Shown here piece after piece: positions 15,519 through 26,000 of a stretch of DNA of 59,995 nt. The DNA is from Syntrophaceticus sp. (GTDB taxonomy: Bacteria; Bacillota; DSM-12270; Thermacetogeniales; Thermacetogeniaceae), in the NCBI GenBank assembly GCA_012842275.1, contig DUSK01000095.1:1-59995 (forward strand), given 5' to 3'. The position numbers were made by a program, and so were the translations under genes. Position 1 is the stretch's first letter; every line of letters starts with the position of its first letter. The notes below the pieces were generated by a model. The model saw nothing but the letters and a program-made list of their open reading frames with translations, had not been told where the DNA came from and ran no database searches.

Positions 15519-15723
15519 GGTTTATCCCTGTAAGCGCAGCGACCTTACGAAGGTTGTTACTTGCCCTTGACGAAGGAGCAGGTAACGACAGCTGAAGCTC
15601 AACATGGATGTTGAGCTAGGCGACTCTGCGCCATGGATGGCGTCATAGGAGCCGGTCAGCTGTCGTCTGCGACGAGTCTTAGGGCAAGTTCAACCGAGTT
15701 CAGGAGCAAGCGCAGGGATAAAC
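15519..15723 (+). ncRNA. candidate structured RNA of unknown class (strand tentative)
   Basis: Nested long-range complementarity: 15520-15530/15713-15723 (11 bp), 15552-15567/15681-15695 (14 bp with a small loop) and 15585-15595/15656-15666 (11 bp). These enclose two hairpins, 15597-15616 and 15628-15643, with identical CA-UGGA-UG tips. No ORF of 60 aa or more in the 360-nt gap. Confidence 0.45.
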
Positions 15724-15808
15724 AAAAGAATACAAACGAACCCTTGAGGGTAGAAAACCGGGCGGTGGAACCATCCCCTGATCGGTAAGATAGATAAGGA
15801 GGTTATTT

Positions 15809-16528
15809 ATGGCTGAAAATAAAGAGAGGAGATTGGTGCCGGTCAAATTGGACAGCTATAAGCCCCTGCGGGAGGTGGTTTTTGAAACCCTGCGGGAGGC
15901 GATCATTACAGGTGTCCTGCGCCCAGGGGAACGGTTGATGGAATCCCAATTGGCAGAGGAGTTGGGTGTCAGCAGAACTCCGGTGCGTGAGGCTATCCGC
16001 AAGCTGGAATTGGAAGGTTTTGTGGTGATGGTTCCCAGGAAAGGGGCCTATGTGGCAGGGATCTCTTTGAAAGATATCGCTGATGTATTTGAGGTCCGGG
16101 CTGCCCTGGAGTCTCTGGCTACTGAACTGGCAGCTGAGAGGATCACTGAGGATGAGTTGGAAGAACTGGAACGGATCCTGGTCAAAATGTCGGAAATAAT
16201 CGAGAAGGGAGAGATTGAACAGTTAGTTGAGTGTGACAAGAAATTTCATGACACACTCTACAGGGCCAGCAGAAACCGGCGTTTGATGCAGATCTTGAGC
16301 AATCTCCAGGATGAAGTGCAGCGTTTTCGTTCTGTTTCCCTGGCTTACCCGGGACGGATGCGCACAGCTTTAGAAGAGCACCGTAAGGTTGTGGAGGCGC
16401 TGGCTGAAAGGGATCTTGTCCAGGCCAAGGTTCTAGCCTGGGAGCATATTGAGAGTGCGGAAAACAGCCTACTGGAAGCTGTGCGCGAGCATGAGGATAT
16501 AGTTAGTGAAAGGGAAGAGTTGGTATAA
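15809..16528 (+). CDS. GntR family transcriptional regulator (FadR/FCD subfamily)
   Basis: N-terminal wHTH ESQLAEELGVSRTPVREAIRKLELEG plus an all-helical FCD-like C-terminal domain. AAGGAGG RBS. Confidence 0.85.
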   Translation: MAENKERRLVPVKLDSYKPLREVVFETLREAIITGVLRPGERLMESQLAEELGVSRTPVREAIRKLELEGFVVMVPRKGAYVAGISLKDIADVFEVRAALESLATELAAERITEDELEELERILVKMSEIIEKGEIEQLVECDKKFHDTLYRASRNRRLMQILSNLQDEVQRFRSVSLAYPGRMRTALEEHRKVVEALAERDLVQAKVLAWEHIESAENSLLEAVREHEDIVSEREELV

Positions 16529-16596
16529 TTTCGATAGAGGGGCGAAGACCGAAAACATTTAAATCTGTTTTGAAAACTTTTATAAAGAGGTCGGAA

Positions 16597-17346
16597 ATGA
16601 TGATCGATAGAGTAGATGCAGTGATACTTGCCGGTGGCGGGGAGATAGAGCCGGGGACCGGTGTTAAAGGGATGCTTACCATCGGCTCCCGGATGATGGT
16701 GGAGTATGTGATTGAAGCCCTTTACAACAGCAGATATATTGATCAGATTGTTGTGGTCGGCCCTGAGGCAATGAAGGAGAACTGTATAATGCAGGGATTG
16801 CTTTTTGCTCTGCCGGGGGATACAATTCTGGACAGCTTCTCTAACGGCTTGGAAGCTCTCAATGGATCACAGCCCTGGGTACTGGCCTGTACAGGAGATA
16901 TTCCTTTTCTGACCCCAGAGGCGGTAGATGATTTTATCGATAAGTGCAGGGAGAGGGAAGCAGATTTTTATTATCCCATCATCAGGAAGGAAATTGCTGA
17001 AAAGCGCTTCCCCGGTGCTAAGCGCACCTATGCCAGTTTGCAGGATGGCACCTTTACAGGAGGCAACCTCTTTTTATTAAGAAGGGATATTGTTGACCGC
17101 TGTCTCTCTGTGGCTGCGGAATTTGTCAAACACCGGAAAAACCCTGCGGCTTTGGCCAGGCTCGTTGGGTTCGGGATGTTATGGAAATATTTTTTCGGAC
17201 AGCTTTCCATTGCTGAAGCGGAACGCAGAGTATCCCAGTTAGTAGGGGCCAGGGGTTCTGCGGTGATCACTCCTTATGCAGAAATTGGGGTGGATGTGGA
17301 CAAACCATCGGATTTTGAACTTGCTAAGGAGCTAGTTTGCGAATAA
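16597..17346 (+). CDS. MobA-like NTP transferase domain protein
   Basis: Track ORF 16570-17346; ATG 16597 follows AGAGG. VDAVILAGGG is a glycine-rich nucleotide-binding start, and CTGDIPFL is also present. Confidence 0.6.
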   Translation: MMIDRVDAVILAGGGEIEPGTGVKGMLTIGSRMMVEYVIEALYNSRYIDQIVVVGPEAMKENCIMQGLLFALPGDTILDSFSNGLEALNGSQPWVLACTGDIPFLTPEAVDDFIDKCREREADFYYPIIRKEIAEKRFPGAKRTYASLQDGTFTGGNLFLLRRDIVDRCLSVAAEFVKHRKNPAALARLVGFGMLWKYFFGQLSIAEAERRVSQLVGARGSAVITPYAEIGVDVDKPSDFELAKELVCE

Positions 17347-17371
17347 TAACTTTATTTCTTAATTTTTCAGC

Positions 17372-17398
17372 AGGAATCTCAACTATCTTGGCGAATAC
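17372..17398 (+). promoter_or_regulatory. sigma-H-like promoter candidate for spoVG
   Basis: AGGAATC, then GAAT 15 nt after AGGAAT. This is the same spacing as my recollection of the B. subtilis spoVG sigma-H promoter (AGGATTT..GAATTG). Confidence 0.45.
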
Positions 17399-17443
17399 AC
17401 ATGGCAAATGATAACCGCACTAAAAGAGGAGGTCAATAGTTTT

Positions 17444-17701
17444 ATGCAGGTTACAGAGGTGCGTATCCGCAAAGTGAACCAGGATGGGAGCAGAATGAAG
17501 GCAGTCTGTTCGGTGACCTTTGATGATGTTTTTGTGGTGCATGATATCAAGGTTGTCGAGGGCGAAAAGGGGTTGTTTATTGCTATGCCCAGCAAGAGAA
17601 CACCCGCTGGGGAATTTCGTGATATTGCCCATCCCATCACATCTGAAGCCAGACAGGTTATTCAGGATGCGATCTTAAAGAAATACCAGGAGATGGAATA
17701 A
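17444..17701 (+). CDS. spoVG: septation/regulatory protein SpoVG
   Basis: [65 protein letters not shown] is the canonical SpoVG sequence. AGAGGAGG RBS before ATG 17444; the track start at 17408 is rejected. Confidence 0.95.
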   Translation: MQVTEVRIRKVNQDGSRMKAVCSVTFDDVFVVHDIKVVEGEKGLFIAMPSKRTPAGEFRDIAHPITSEARQVIQDAILKKYQEME

Positions 17702-17731
17702 TATAATTCTTTATTGTTGATGAATATTTGG

Positions 17732-17757
17732 AGGGAATCGGGCATTCCCTTTTTTAT
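17732..17757 (+). terminator. rho-independent terminator after spoVG
   Basis: GGGAAT-CGGGC-ATTCCC hairpin followed by a T6 run. Confidence 0.65.
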
Positions 17758-17810
17758 TGTTCTTCATACTGTAATTGTTGAAATCTGATTCACTCAGGGA
17801 GTGAAAAACT

Positions 17811-19184
17811 ATGGATAAGGTTGCAGCGGTGGTACTTGCAGCAGGTCAGGGTAAAAGAATGCGCTCAGATATACCTAAGGTGTTGCATCGTGTAGCGGGG
17901 GCACCTCTGGTCCGTCATGTTCTGGATGCAATAGAAGAGGCCGGTATCAAAGAGATCATTGTTGTGATCGGACAGGGTGCGGAAATGGTCAGGGAAACCC
18001 TGGGGACAGATTATACTTATGCCCTGCAGGAGAAACAGTTGGGTACAGGGGATGCGGTTTTAAAGGCACTGCCCTACCTTTCCGCTGATTGCCGGGATGT
18101 GCTGGTTGTTTGTGGGGATACCCCTCTTTTGACAGCAGATACTTTGGTGAAAGTGATCAGAGAGCAGCAGAATACCGGTTCCGCCGCGGCGGTCCTCACC
18201 AGTATATTCGATGATCCTAAAGGATATGGCCGGATTATCAGGGATAAGGACGGTTTTGTTGATGCCATTATTGAGGATTGTGATGCCACAGCTGAGCAGA
18301 AGGAAATAAAGGAAATCAATACAGGGACCTATGCCTTTACCAAAAAGGCACTGGAAGACACTATTCATCGATTAAATCCCGATAATAAGCAGGGAGAGTA
18401 TTATCTGACCGATTGTATTCATCTGCTGCGCGAAGACGGGCAGCTGGTCACAGCAGTTATTGCACCTGCCCAGGAAACAAAAGGGATTAATGACCGGGCT
18501 CAGCTGGCAGCCGCAGAAAAGCTTTTGCGGCAGAGGGAGTGCCGGCGTTTAATGGATGCCGGTGTGACCATTTTAGACCCGGCAACAACTTATATCGATA
18601 AAGGTGTCAGGGTTGGCCGGGATACAGTGATTTATCCCTTCACTTTTCTGGAGGGAAAAACCGAAGTGGGCCCAAGGTGCACTCTCGGGCCCGGGTCCCG
18701 GTTGATCGATGCCAGGTTAGGGGAAGGTGTCGCTGTACAGTTCTCTATAGTGGTGGACACCAACATCGGGGACCACTGTCAAATCGGGCCTTATGCCTAT
18801 TTGCGGCCCGGTAACAAATTAGCTGATCATGTCAAAGTAGGGGATTTTGTCGAACTGAAAAAGGCAACAGTTGGTTCAAGGAGTAAAATACCTCATTTAA
18901 GTTATGTTGGGGATACTATAGTGGGAGAGGGTGTCAATATCGGTGCCGGAACAATTACCTGCAACTATGACGGTGTGAAGAAATATCAGACCGTAATTGA
19001 AGACGGGGTATTTGTCGGGAGCAACACCAATCTGGTGGCTCCTGTCCGTGTAGGTAAAGATGCGGTGATCGGCGCTGGGTCAACCATCACTAAGGATGTC
19101 CCTTCAGCGTCTTTGGCTATAGAGCGCAATAAGCAAACGATCATACCTGATTGGAAAGAAAAAAAGAAGAGAAAAGGGGATTAA
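17811..19184 (+). CDS. glmU: bifunctional UDP-N-acetylglucosamine pyrophosphorylase / glucosamine-1-phosphate N-acetyltransferase
   Basis: [12 protein letters not shown]-terminal motif and a left-handed beta-helix hexapeptide-repeat C-terminus, 457 aa. Confidence 0.95.
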   Translation: MDKVAAVVLAAGQGKRMRSDIPKVLHRVAGAPLVRHVLDAIEEAGIKEIIVVIGQGAEMVRETLGTDYTYALQEKQLGTGDAVLKALPYLSADCRDVLVVCGDTPLLTADTLVKVIREQQNTGSAAAVLTSIFDDPKGYGRIIRDKDGFVDAIIEDCDATAEQKEIKEINTGTYAFTKKALEDTIHRLNPDNKQGEYYLTDCIHLLREDGQLVTAVIAPAQETKGINDRAQLAAAEKLLRQRECRRLMDAGVTILDPATTYIDKGVRVGRDTVIYPFTFLEGKTEVGPRCTLGPGSRLIDARLGEGVAVQFSIVVDTNIGDHCQIGPYAYLRPGNKLADHVKVGDFVELKKATVGSRSKIPHLSYVGDTIVGEGVNIGAGTITCNYDGVKKYQTVIEDGVFVGSNTNLVAPVRVGKDAVIGAGSTITKDVPSASLAIERNKQTIIPDWKEKKKRKGD

Positions 19185-19228
19185 GGCAAGTGCAAGTGAA
19201 GGAAAGCAGTGGGAAAGAGGGGATCAGT

Positions 19229-20176
19229 TTGTTGCTTTATACCAAAAAGTTAAAGATTTTTACCGGAAACGCCAATCCGGAACTGGCGGAAGAGATCGCA
19301 GCCTACCTGGGTATCGAGTTGGGGAAAGCCAAAGTTTCTTACTTCAGCGATGGAGAAATCAGTGTAGCCATTGATGAGAGTGTCAGAGGGGCTGATGTTT
19401 TTGTTATTCAGCCAACCTGTCCTCCTGCCAACCAGAATGTGATGGAGCTGCTGATCATGATCGATGCTTTGAAGCGCGCCTCAGCGCGCCGCATCTGCGC
19501 GGTGCTTCCTTATTACGGTTACGCCCGCCAGGACCGGAAGTTGAAGGCACGGGACCCGATAACAGCCAAACTGCTGGCTGATTTGATCACCGCTGCGGGG
19601 GCTCACCGGGTTCTCGCCATGGATCTTCACGCCGGGCAGATACAGGGGTTTTTTGATATTCCGGTGGACCACCTCTTGGGTGTGCCCATTCTGGCGGAGT
19701 ATTTCCAAAGCCTGGGCATTAAAGACCCTATTATTGTATCCCCTGATGTCGGTGGGGTTGCCAGGGCCAGAGACCTGGCCAGCCGTCTGGAAACCACCAT
19801 AGCAATTGTTGATAAGCGCAGACCTCACCCCAATGTTGCTGAAGTGCTGCACCTCGTGGGTGATGTCAAGGGGAGAACAGCAATTTTGGTGGATGATATC
19901 ATTGATACAGCCGGTACCATCGTCAAAGCCGCTGAGGCATTGCTGGAGCGGGGTGCGAAGGATGTTTATGCCTGCTGTACCCACCCGGTACTCTCAGGTC
20001 CTGCTAAAGAACGTTTGGAAGCCTCGCCTCTGAAAGAGGTTGTGGTGACCAATACAATACCTGTTCCCCCGGAGAAACGGTTTTCCAGATTGAAGGTGCT
20101 TACAGTGGCCCCTATTTTTGGCGAGTCTATTATCCGCATCCATGAGGATCTTTCTGTGAGCAAACTTTTTGAGTAA
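19229..20176 (+). CDS. prs: ribose-phosphate pyrophosphokinase
   Basis: Strong identity to B. subtilis Prs ([17 protein letters not shown].., [38 protein letters not shown]). Start set at TTG 19229 after a GAGGGGA RBS. The track start 19151 overlaps glmU, and GTG 19190 is also possible. Confidence 0.9.
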   Translation: MLLYTKKLKIFTGNANPELAEEIAAYLGIELGKAKVSYFSDGEISVAIDESVRGADVFVIQPTCPPANQNVMELLIMIDALKRASARRICAVLPYYGYARQDRKLKARDPITAKLLADLITAAGAHRVLAMDLHAGQIQGFFDIPVDHLLGVPILAEYFQSLGIKDPIIVSPDVGGVARARDLASRLETTIAIVDKRRPHPNVAEVLHLVGDVKGRTAILVDDIIDTAGTIVKAAEALLERGAKDVYACCTHPVLSGPAKERLEASPLKEVVVTNTIPVPPEKRFSRLKVLTVAPIFGESIIRIHEDLSVSKLFE

Positions 20177-20179
20177 TTG

Positions 20180-20827
20180 TTATGAATCCGGTTTATCATT
20201 ATTGGGGGGAGGTTGTTCCTGGTCATTTTCCTCCCCCTGCATCTTGGACTGCAGTTTGCGCGCTTTTTCTATAAAACGGTTGGTGGTATTTTTTAAATTT
20301 TTGACCCCTTCTGATAGTTTCCCTTCATTCTGCTGCAGATTTTCCTCTGCTCCCTGACGCACCACAAGGACATCTTTGCCGATGGTGCGCACTTCAGATG
20401 CAGGGAGGTAGGCCTTTCCCTTCCAAAGGCTGGCAGCAGGGCTTGCGGTTACTTCGAAAGCTTCTATTTTGCCGGTTGCCGGGTCCACAAGGTATTCTAC
20501 AACATGGCCCAGTGAAGTGCCTTCTTCAGTGATAATCCGGGAGCCTTTTAGCTGGACATTTTCTTTGACCAGGTTGAGGATCTGGGGCAGGCTGGCAAGC
20601 CGTTCTGCACTGCTGGCCTTTTGGATGGTTAACGCGTTATTGCCTACACTAACTACCCTAGGGTAGGGGATTACCTTTTGTTCGGGAAAGATATGGCCGC
20701 GCTGCACGATCAGTGCTGCTATTTCCCCTGCCTGAGGGTTGATCACCAACCCCCGGATGCGACCGATCTCTTTTCCTTCCTCCAGTGTGACCACAGGTAG
20801 GGAAAGATACTGACGGCTTTTGCGCAC
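20180..20827 (-). CDS. PRC-barrel domain protein (two barrels plus a charged tail)
   Basis: LPVVTLEEGKEIGRIRGLVINPQAGEIAALIV and LKGSRIITEEGTSLGHVVEYLVDPATGKIEAFEV are YlmC/YmxH-like PRC-barrel signatures. Its stop lies 3 nt from the prs stop (convergent). Confidence 0.7.
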   Translation of the reverse strand: MRKSRQYLSLPVVTLEEGKEIGRIRGLVINPQAGEIAALIVQRGHIFPEQKVIPYPRVVSVGNNALTIQKASSAERLASLPQILNLVKENVQLKGSRIITEEGTSLGHVVEYLVDPATGKIEAFEVTASPAASLWKGKAYLPASEVRTIGKDVLVVRQGAEENLQQNEGKLSEGVKNLKNTTNRFIEKARKLQSKMQGEENDQEQPPPNNDKPDS

Positions 20828-21037
20828 AGGATATCGCCTCCTTGGATAAGCAAAATATATGCATCTTGGCAGTAACTCTGTTAAAATATATTGGGCCAGA
20901 TAAAAGGGTATGCCTGGAAAGTCTGAAGAGAGATTATTTGGGTTATCTCTTGATTTTTCTTTATTCTTCAGGCTAAACTATGGTATGATCTTTTGCGTGA
21001 TTCATGGATAAAATTAAGAAAACAGGAGTGTTTGTAG

Positions 21038-21688
21038 ATGGAAACAGTAAAGTTATCTGCTCAGTACAGGGAGCGCGGCTCTAAAGGGGCTGTGCGCGCC
21101 CTGCGCCGCAAAGGGGAAACCCCAGCGGTCCTTTATGGTAAGGGTGTGGGGAACATGCTGGTTAAGGTTCCTACTAAGGAACTGGAGCAAATCCTTAAAA
21201 ACCACGTTATCGGCAGCACCCTGATCGATTTGGATGTGGATACTGGGGAAAAGAGAGAAAGCTATCTGGTGATGTGCCGTGAGGTTCAGCGGGACCCTAT
21301 CCGCCGGGAGTTGCTGCATGCGGATTTTTACCAAATAGATCTCAACCAGGAGATTCAAACTGAGATCCCGGTTGTTCTCGTTGGAGAGTCCCAGGGTGTA
21401 CAGAAGGGCGGAATTTTACAGTACATGCTGCGAGAGGTTACTGTATCCTGTCTGCCCGCCAAACTGCCTGAGCAAATTGAGGTTGATATCAGCGAACTGG
21501 ATATTGGCGAACAGGTTACAGTCGGGGATTTAAAAGCCCCTGAAGGTGTAGAGATCCTGTCTGACCCAGAATCGGTGATCGCATTAGTTGTTGCACCGAC
21601 ACTTGAGGAAGAGGCAGCAGAGGAAGAAGAAGGAGAAGAAGGAGTTGCTGAGGAAGCAGCAGTTGACTCAGAACAAGGAGAGGAATAA
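21038..21688 (+). CDS. ctc: 50S ribosomal protein L25 / general stress protein Ctc
   Basis: R..GSKGAVRALRRKGETPAVLYGKG N-terminus, two-domain Ctc form with an acidic tail. Confidence 0.9.
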   Translation: METVKLSAQYRERGSKGAVRALRRKGETPAVLYGKGVGNMLVKVPTKELEQILKNHVIGSTLIDLDVDTGEKRESYLVMCREVQRDPIRRELLHADFYQIDLNQEIQTEIPVVLVGESQGVQKGGILQYMLREVTVSCLPAKLPEQIEVDISELDIGEQVTVGDLKAPEGVEILSDPESVIALVVAPTLEEEAAEEEEGEEGVAEEAAVDSEQGEE

Positions 21689-22303
21689 ATGTTCAAGCGG
21701 CTGCTGGAGTGGTTGCGCCCGGGCGGCCGCACCGGGTCACCGGAAAAGCTGATCATCGGATTGGGAAACCCCGGCCTCCGCTATGCCCGGACACGTCACA
21801 ATGCAGGATTTGCGGTTGTCGAAAGGATAGCCGGGAAGAGCGGAGAATGGAAGGATCACCGCTTGGCCAGCATCTGCCCTGTGCAGATAGATGGCACAGC
21901 GGTTATGTTAGTACGGCCCCTTACTTATATGAATCTCAGCGGGAAAGCTGTAGAGGTTCTTTTATCCCATTGGAATTTAGACATAGAGGACATGCTGGTG
22001 ATCCATGATGACCTGGACCTGCCTGTGGGAAGCATCAGGCTGCGGCCCGGTGGAGGATCAGGGGGGCATAAAGGGGTGCAGTCAATTATCGACAGCCTCC
22101 AGTGCCAATCATTTGCCCGGCTACGCATCGGCATCGGACGACCCCCTGCCGGTGAGGATGTTGTGGACTATGTTTTAAAACCCTTTTCTCCGGAGGAGCG
22201 CTCGGTATTGGAGGGTGTTTGGGAGCTGGCAGCAGATGCTGCCTGCTGTTGGGTAAAGATGGGGATTGAAACAGCCATGAACCGTTACAACAGAAGAATT
22301 TGA
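21689..22303 (+). CDS. pth: peptidyl-tRNA hydrolase
   Basis: LIIGLGNPG..YARTRHNAGF..MNLSG motifs. The ATG abuts the ctc stop (TAAATG), giving a ~20-aa N-terminal extension compared with typical Pth. Confidence 0.9.
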   Translation: MFKRLLEWLRPGGRTGSPEKLIIGLGNPGLRYARTRHNAGFAVVERIAGKSGEWKDHRLASICPVQIDGTAVMLVRPLTYMNLSGKAVEVLLSHWNLDIEDMLVIHDDLDLPVGSIRLRPGGGSGGHKGVQSIIDSLQCQSFARLRIGIGRPPAGEDVVDYVLKPFSPEERSVLEGVWELAADAACCWVKMGIETAMNRYNRRI

Positions 22304-22423
22304 CTAAAATTTGATCTGCCGGCCGAAAAAATGCATGAAATCTCCTATTCTGGTTAAACTATGGATAATGCTTCCTGCTGCCAAACAGCAAGGGCATAGT
22401 TTGGCCAGGGGGGAGGTGACAGA

Positions 22424-22819
22424 ATGGCAGATGAGGATAAAGGGACCCGCGGTGATACAGGCGCCGGAGTTTCAGGTATGCTTAACCAGGGTTGGTTGGC
22501 TCACATCATAAGATTTATTGTGGCTGCGATCGTTTTAATGGTTGTGAGCTACATTACCCCCGGTTTTACCAGGCTGACTTTCTGGCATGCTTTACTGGCG
22601 GCTGTGCTTATTGCGGTGATCGGGTTCGCGCTGGAAACCCTTTTTGGCCGCAATGTTTCTCCATATGCCCGCGGCGGAGTGGGTTTTGTGGTTTCAGCTG
22701 TGATCTTTTACCTGCTCCAGTTCATTATCCCTGATCTGAGGGTGACCGTACTGGGGGCGCTTATTGCAGCTGCCATTGTCGGCATTATTGATATGTTTGT
22801 GCCAACAGGTGTACGCTGA
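22424..22819 (+). CDS. small integral membrane protein (holin-family-4 / DUF2512-like)
   Basis: 131 aa with about four hydrophobic helices. GGGGGAGGTG RBS. Confidence 0.55.
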   Translation: MADEDKGTRGDTGAGVSGMLNQGWLAHIIRFIVAAIVLMVVSYITPGFTRLTFWHALLAAVLIAVIGFALETLFGRNVSPYARGGVGFVVSAVIFYLLQFIIPDLRVTVLGALIAAAIVGIIDMFVPTGVR

Positions 22820-22843
22820 CCAAAAAGGATCAAAAAGCAGCCC

Positions 22844-22876
22844 AAAACCCCGTCTTTTGCAAGGCGGGGTTTTTTA
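22844..22876 (+). terminator. rho-independent terminator
   Basis: AAAACCCCG..CGGGGTTTT hairpin followed by a T run. Confidence 0.8.
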
Positions 22877-23017
22877 TTGGTCCTCCGTGGGGCAATTGTG
22901 ATGCCTGCCTGATGTATAAAAGCCTTTTTGCGAATGATATAATGAACACTGAGGAAGGTCTAAAGGGGGGCTTGCCTGGCCCTGCCTCATTTTCCATTGG
23001 TCTAAACAGGTGGTTGT

Positions 23018-26000
23018 ATGAACAATATACTAGAAACAATACCGGCTTACCAGGAGGCTTTTGATGCTGTAAAGAAAAGAGAACTGCCCCTCTTGGTTTC
23101 AGGGCTATCAGGTTCTGCTGGGCCGGTCAGTGCAGTATCACTGTTTTTAAAGGGTGGGTTTAAAGGTGCACTCCTGGTCATTGTGCCAGGGCAGGATCAG
23201 GTGAACAGCTGGGCCGCGGACTTAGAGCAGTTGCTGCCTGAGAAAAGGGTTTTGGTTTTTGACCCTGCTGAAGCCCTGCCCTTTGAGGTTGTGGCTGCCA
23301 GCAGGGAACCGGCGGCTAGGCGCTTAGAAACCCTGGCCTCCCTGCGGGCCTGTGAAGAACAGCTGGTGGTTGTCGCTTCTATCGAAGCCCTGCTCCCCAA
23401 ACTGATCCCCCCTCTCTGCTGGGAAAAAGCTGCAATTACACTGCAGGTTGATCAGGAGTGCGATTACAATGAACTTCCCTTGCTGCTGGTCCAGGCCGGT
23501 TACGAAAGGTCGGAAACCGCCGAAGCCCCCGGGCAGTTTGCTGTAAGGGGGGATATTGTAGATATCTATCCCTTTTACGGCTCTCCTGTCCGTATTGAGT
23601 TCTGGGGGGATGAGATCGCATCACTGAAAAGAATGGATCCGGAAAGCCAGCGTTCCGGTGATAGCCTTGATCTGGTAAGGATCTGGCCGGTTCGGGAGTT
23701 TATCTATGATCCGGAAGGGGCAAAAGCAGCTCTGGAGAGGATCGATCAGGCCTATAAAAAGAGGCGCGCACAGCTGAAGGGAAACAAAAACGCTCTTTTA
23801 CGCCTGCAGCAGAAGGCCAACAGGCTCTTGGAGATGGCCAGGACCGGGACCGGAGGCTCTTTAAACCTGGTGCAGCCCTATTTTTACCCTGAGCAGGCAT
23901 CTCTTTTGGATTATTTGCCAGAGGATTCGCTGATTATTCTGGATGATCCCGGGCGCTTGCCGGAACAGATCAAAGGGCGTACTGCACTCCTGGAGTCCGA
24001 TTACAGGCGCCTCTTTCAGGAGGGCGGTTCTTTCACTCCCTGGCAGGAATACTACTTTAGCGGGGAGCAGCTCTTGGCAAAGATAGGGGCCTTTCCTCTG
24101 GTCTGTTTTACCCATCTGCTGACCAGGGTAAGCATGATCGAACCGAAAACCCTGGTCACCGTCACCGTCAAAGAAATGCAGCCTTTTTTAGGGCGTCCTG
24201 ATCTGTTGGCTCAGGAACTGAAGGAGATGCTGAGGAAAAAAACCACCATTCTCCTGCTCACCGGCGCAGAGAGCAGTTTGAAGCAGTTGGAGAGGGAGTT
24301 AAGGGACCGGGAAATCTCTTTTCTCCCTGCAGACAAATGGCAGCAGGACCTGCTTAAAGGGCGCCTGCAGGTAGCAAGCGGTTTATTGAGGCAGGGCTTT
24401 GAAGTGCCCGGGGTGTTAGCAGTAATCACCGCCAGGGAACTGTATGGGCGGGGGAAGACTAAAGCGCGGCACCGCCGGAAAAGTGCAGGCCGCTTGCCGG
24501 ATCTCACTCCTGGGGATTATGTGGTGCATGTTCAGCAGGGGATCGGGCGCTATCTGGGCATCACCAAAAAGGAAACAGACGGAAGCATTAAGGATTATCT
24601 GGAGATCGCCTATGCGGGGGATGCCAGGCTTTTTGTGCCTGTTGATCAGGTTGACCTGGTACAGAAGTATGTGGGGCCTGAAGGGGCAACACCCCGCCTC
24701 TCACGGATGGGAGGGGGTGACTGGACACGGCTCAAACAGCGGGTTAAAAAGCGGGTTAAGGAACTGGCTCAGGATTTGCTGGCTCTCTATGCGGAGCGTG
24801 AGCGGACAAAAGGCTATGCATTCTCTCCTGATACAGTATGGCAGAAGGAGTTTGAGGAGCAATTCCCTTATGAGGAAACCCCGGACCAGTTGGAGGCCAT
24901 CAAACAGGTAAAAGCTGATATGGAAAAGGCCCGCCCTATGGACCGGCTGCTTTGCGGGGATGTTGGTTTTGGCAAAACCGAAGTGGCTATACGGGCTGCT
25001 TTTAAAGCTGTTCAAGATGGGAAGCAGGTAGCGGTACTGGTTCCCACAACAGTGCTCGCCCAGCAGCATTACCTCACCTTTAAAGAGCGTTTTGCCCGCT
25101 ATCCTGTACAGGTGGATATGTTGAGCAGGTTCAGGAGCCCGGCTGAACAGAGGATAACCATCAATAATCTGAAAAAAGGATTGGTGGATATAGTTATTGG
25201 GACACACCGTCTCCTTTCCAAAGATGTGGTTTTTAAAGACCTAGGGCTCTTGGTGGTTGATGAGGAACAGAGATTTGGTGTGGCCCATAAAGAAAAGATC
25301 AAAATGCTGAAAACAAATGTGGATGTACTGACCATGACCGCTACACCTATTCCCCGCACACTGCAGATGTCTCTGGGGGGGGTGCGGGATCTAAGCCTTA
25401 TTGAAACCCCTCCTGAGGACCGCCTTCCAGTGCAGACCTATGTTTTGGAATACAATCCTGAAGTGGTGAGAGAGGCTATTCTCAAAGAGATTCAGCGGGG
25501 CGGCCAGGTGTTTTATGTTCACAACAGGGTGCAGACCATTTTTCGTACTGCTCACTATCTGCAAGGATTGGTGCCTGAGGCAACCTTCAGGGTGGCTCAC
25601 GGGCAGATGAAGGAGGAGGACCTGGAAAAGGTGATGTGGGAATTTCTTAACCAGAAATTCCACTGTTTGGTCTGTACAACCATTATCGAGAGCGGCCTGG
25701 ACTTTCCCAATGCCAACACCCTGATCGTGGAGAATGCCGATTGGTTTGGTTTGGCTCAGCTTTATCAGCTGCGGGGGAGGGTTGGCCGCTCCAACCGTTT
25801 GGCTTATGCCTATTTTACTTTTAACAGGGACAAAGTGCTCACAGAACAGGCGGAAAAAAGGCTGCGGGCACTGCAGGAATTTACTGAATTCGGTTCGGGT
25901 TTCAAACTTGCCCTGCGGGATCTGGAAATAAGGGGTGCGGGAAATATCCTGGGGGCAGAACAGCACGGCCATATGGCTGCTGTTGGCTTTGACCTCTACA

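Noticed and set aside
15519-15723. Identity as SRP RNA, RNase P RNA, tmRNA or 6S RNA
   Set aside because: The conserved SRP domain IV motif, the RNase P GGAAAGUCCGG-type core and a tRNA-like end are all absent. The forked two-hairpin interior does not match the single central bubble of 6S RNA. It is kept only as an unclassified structured-RNA candidate.
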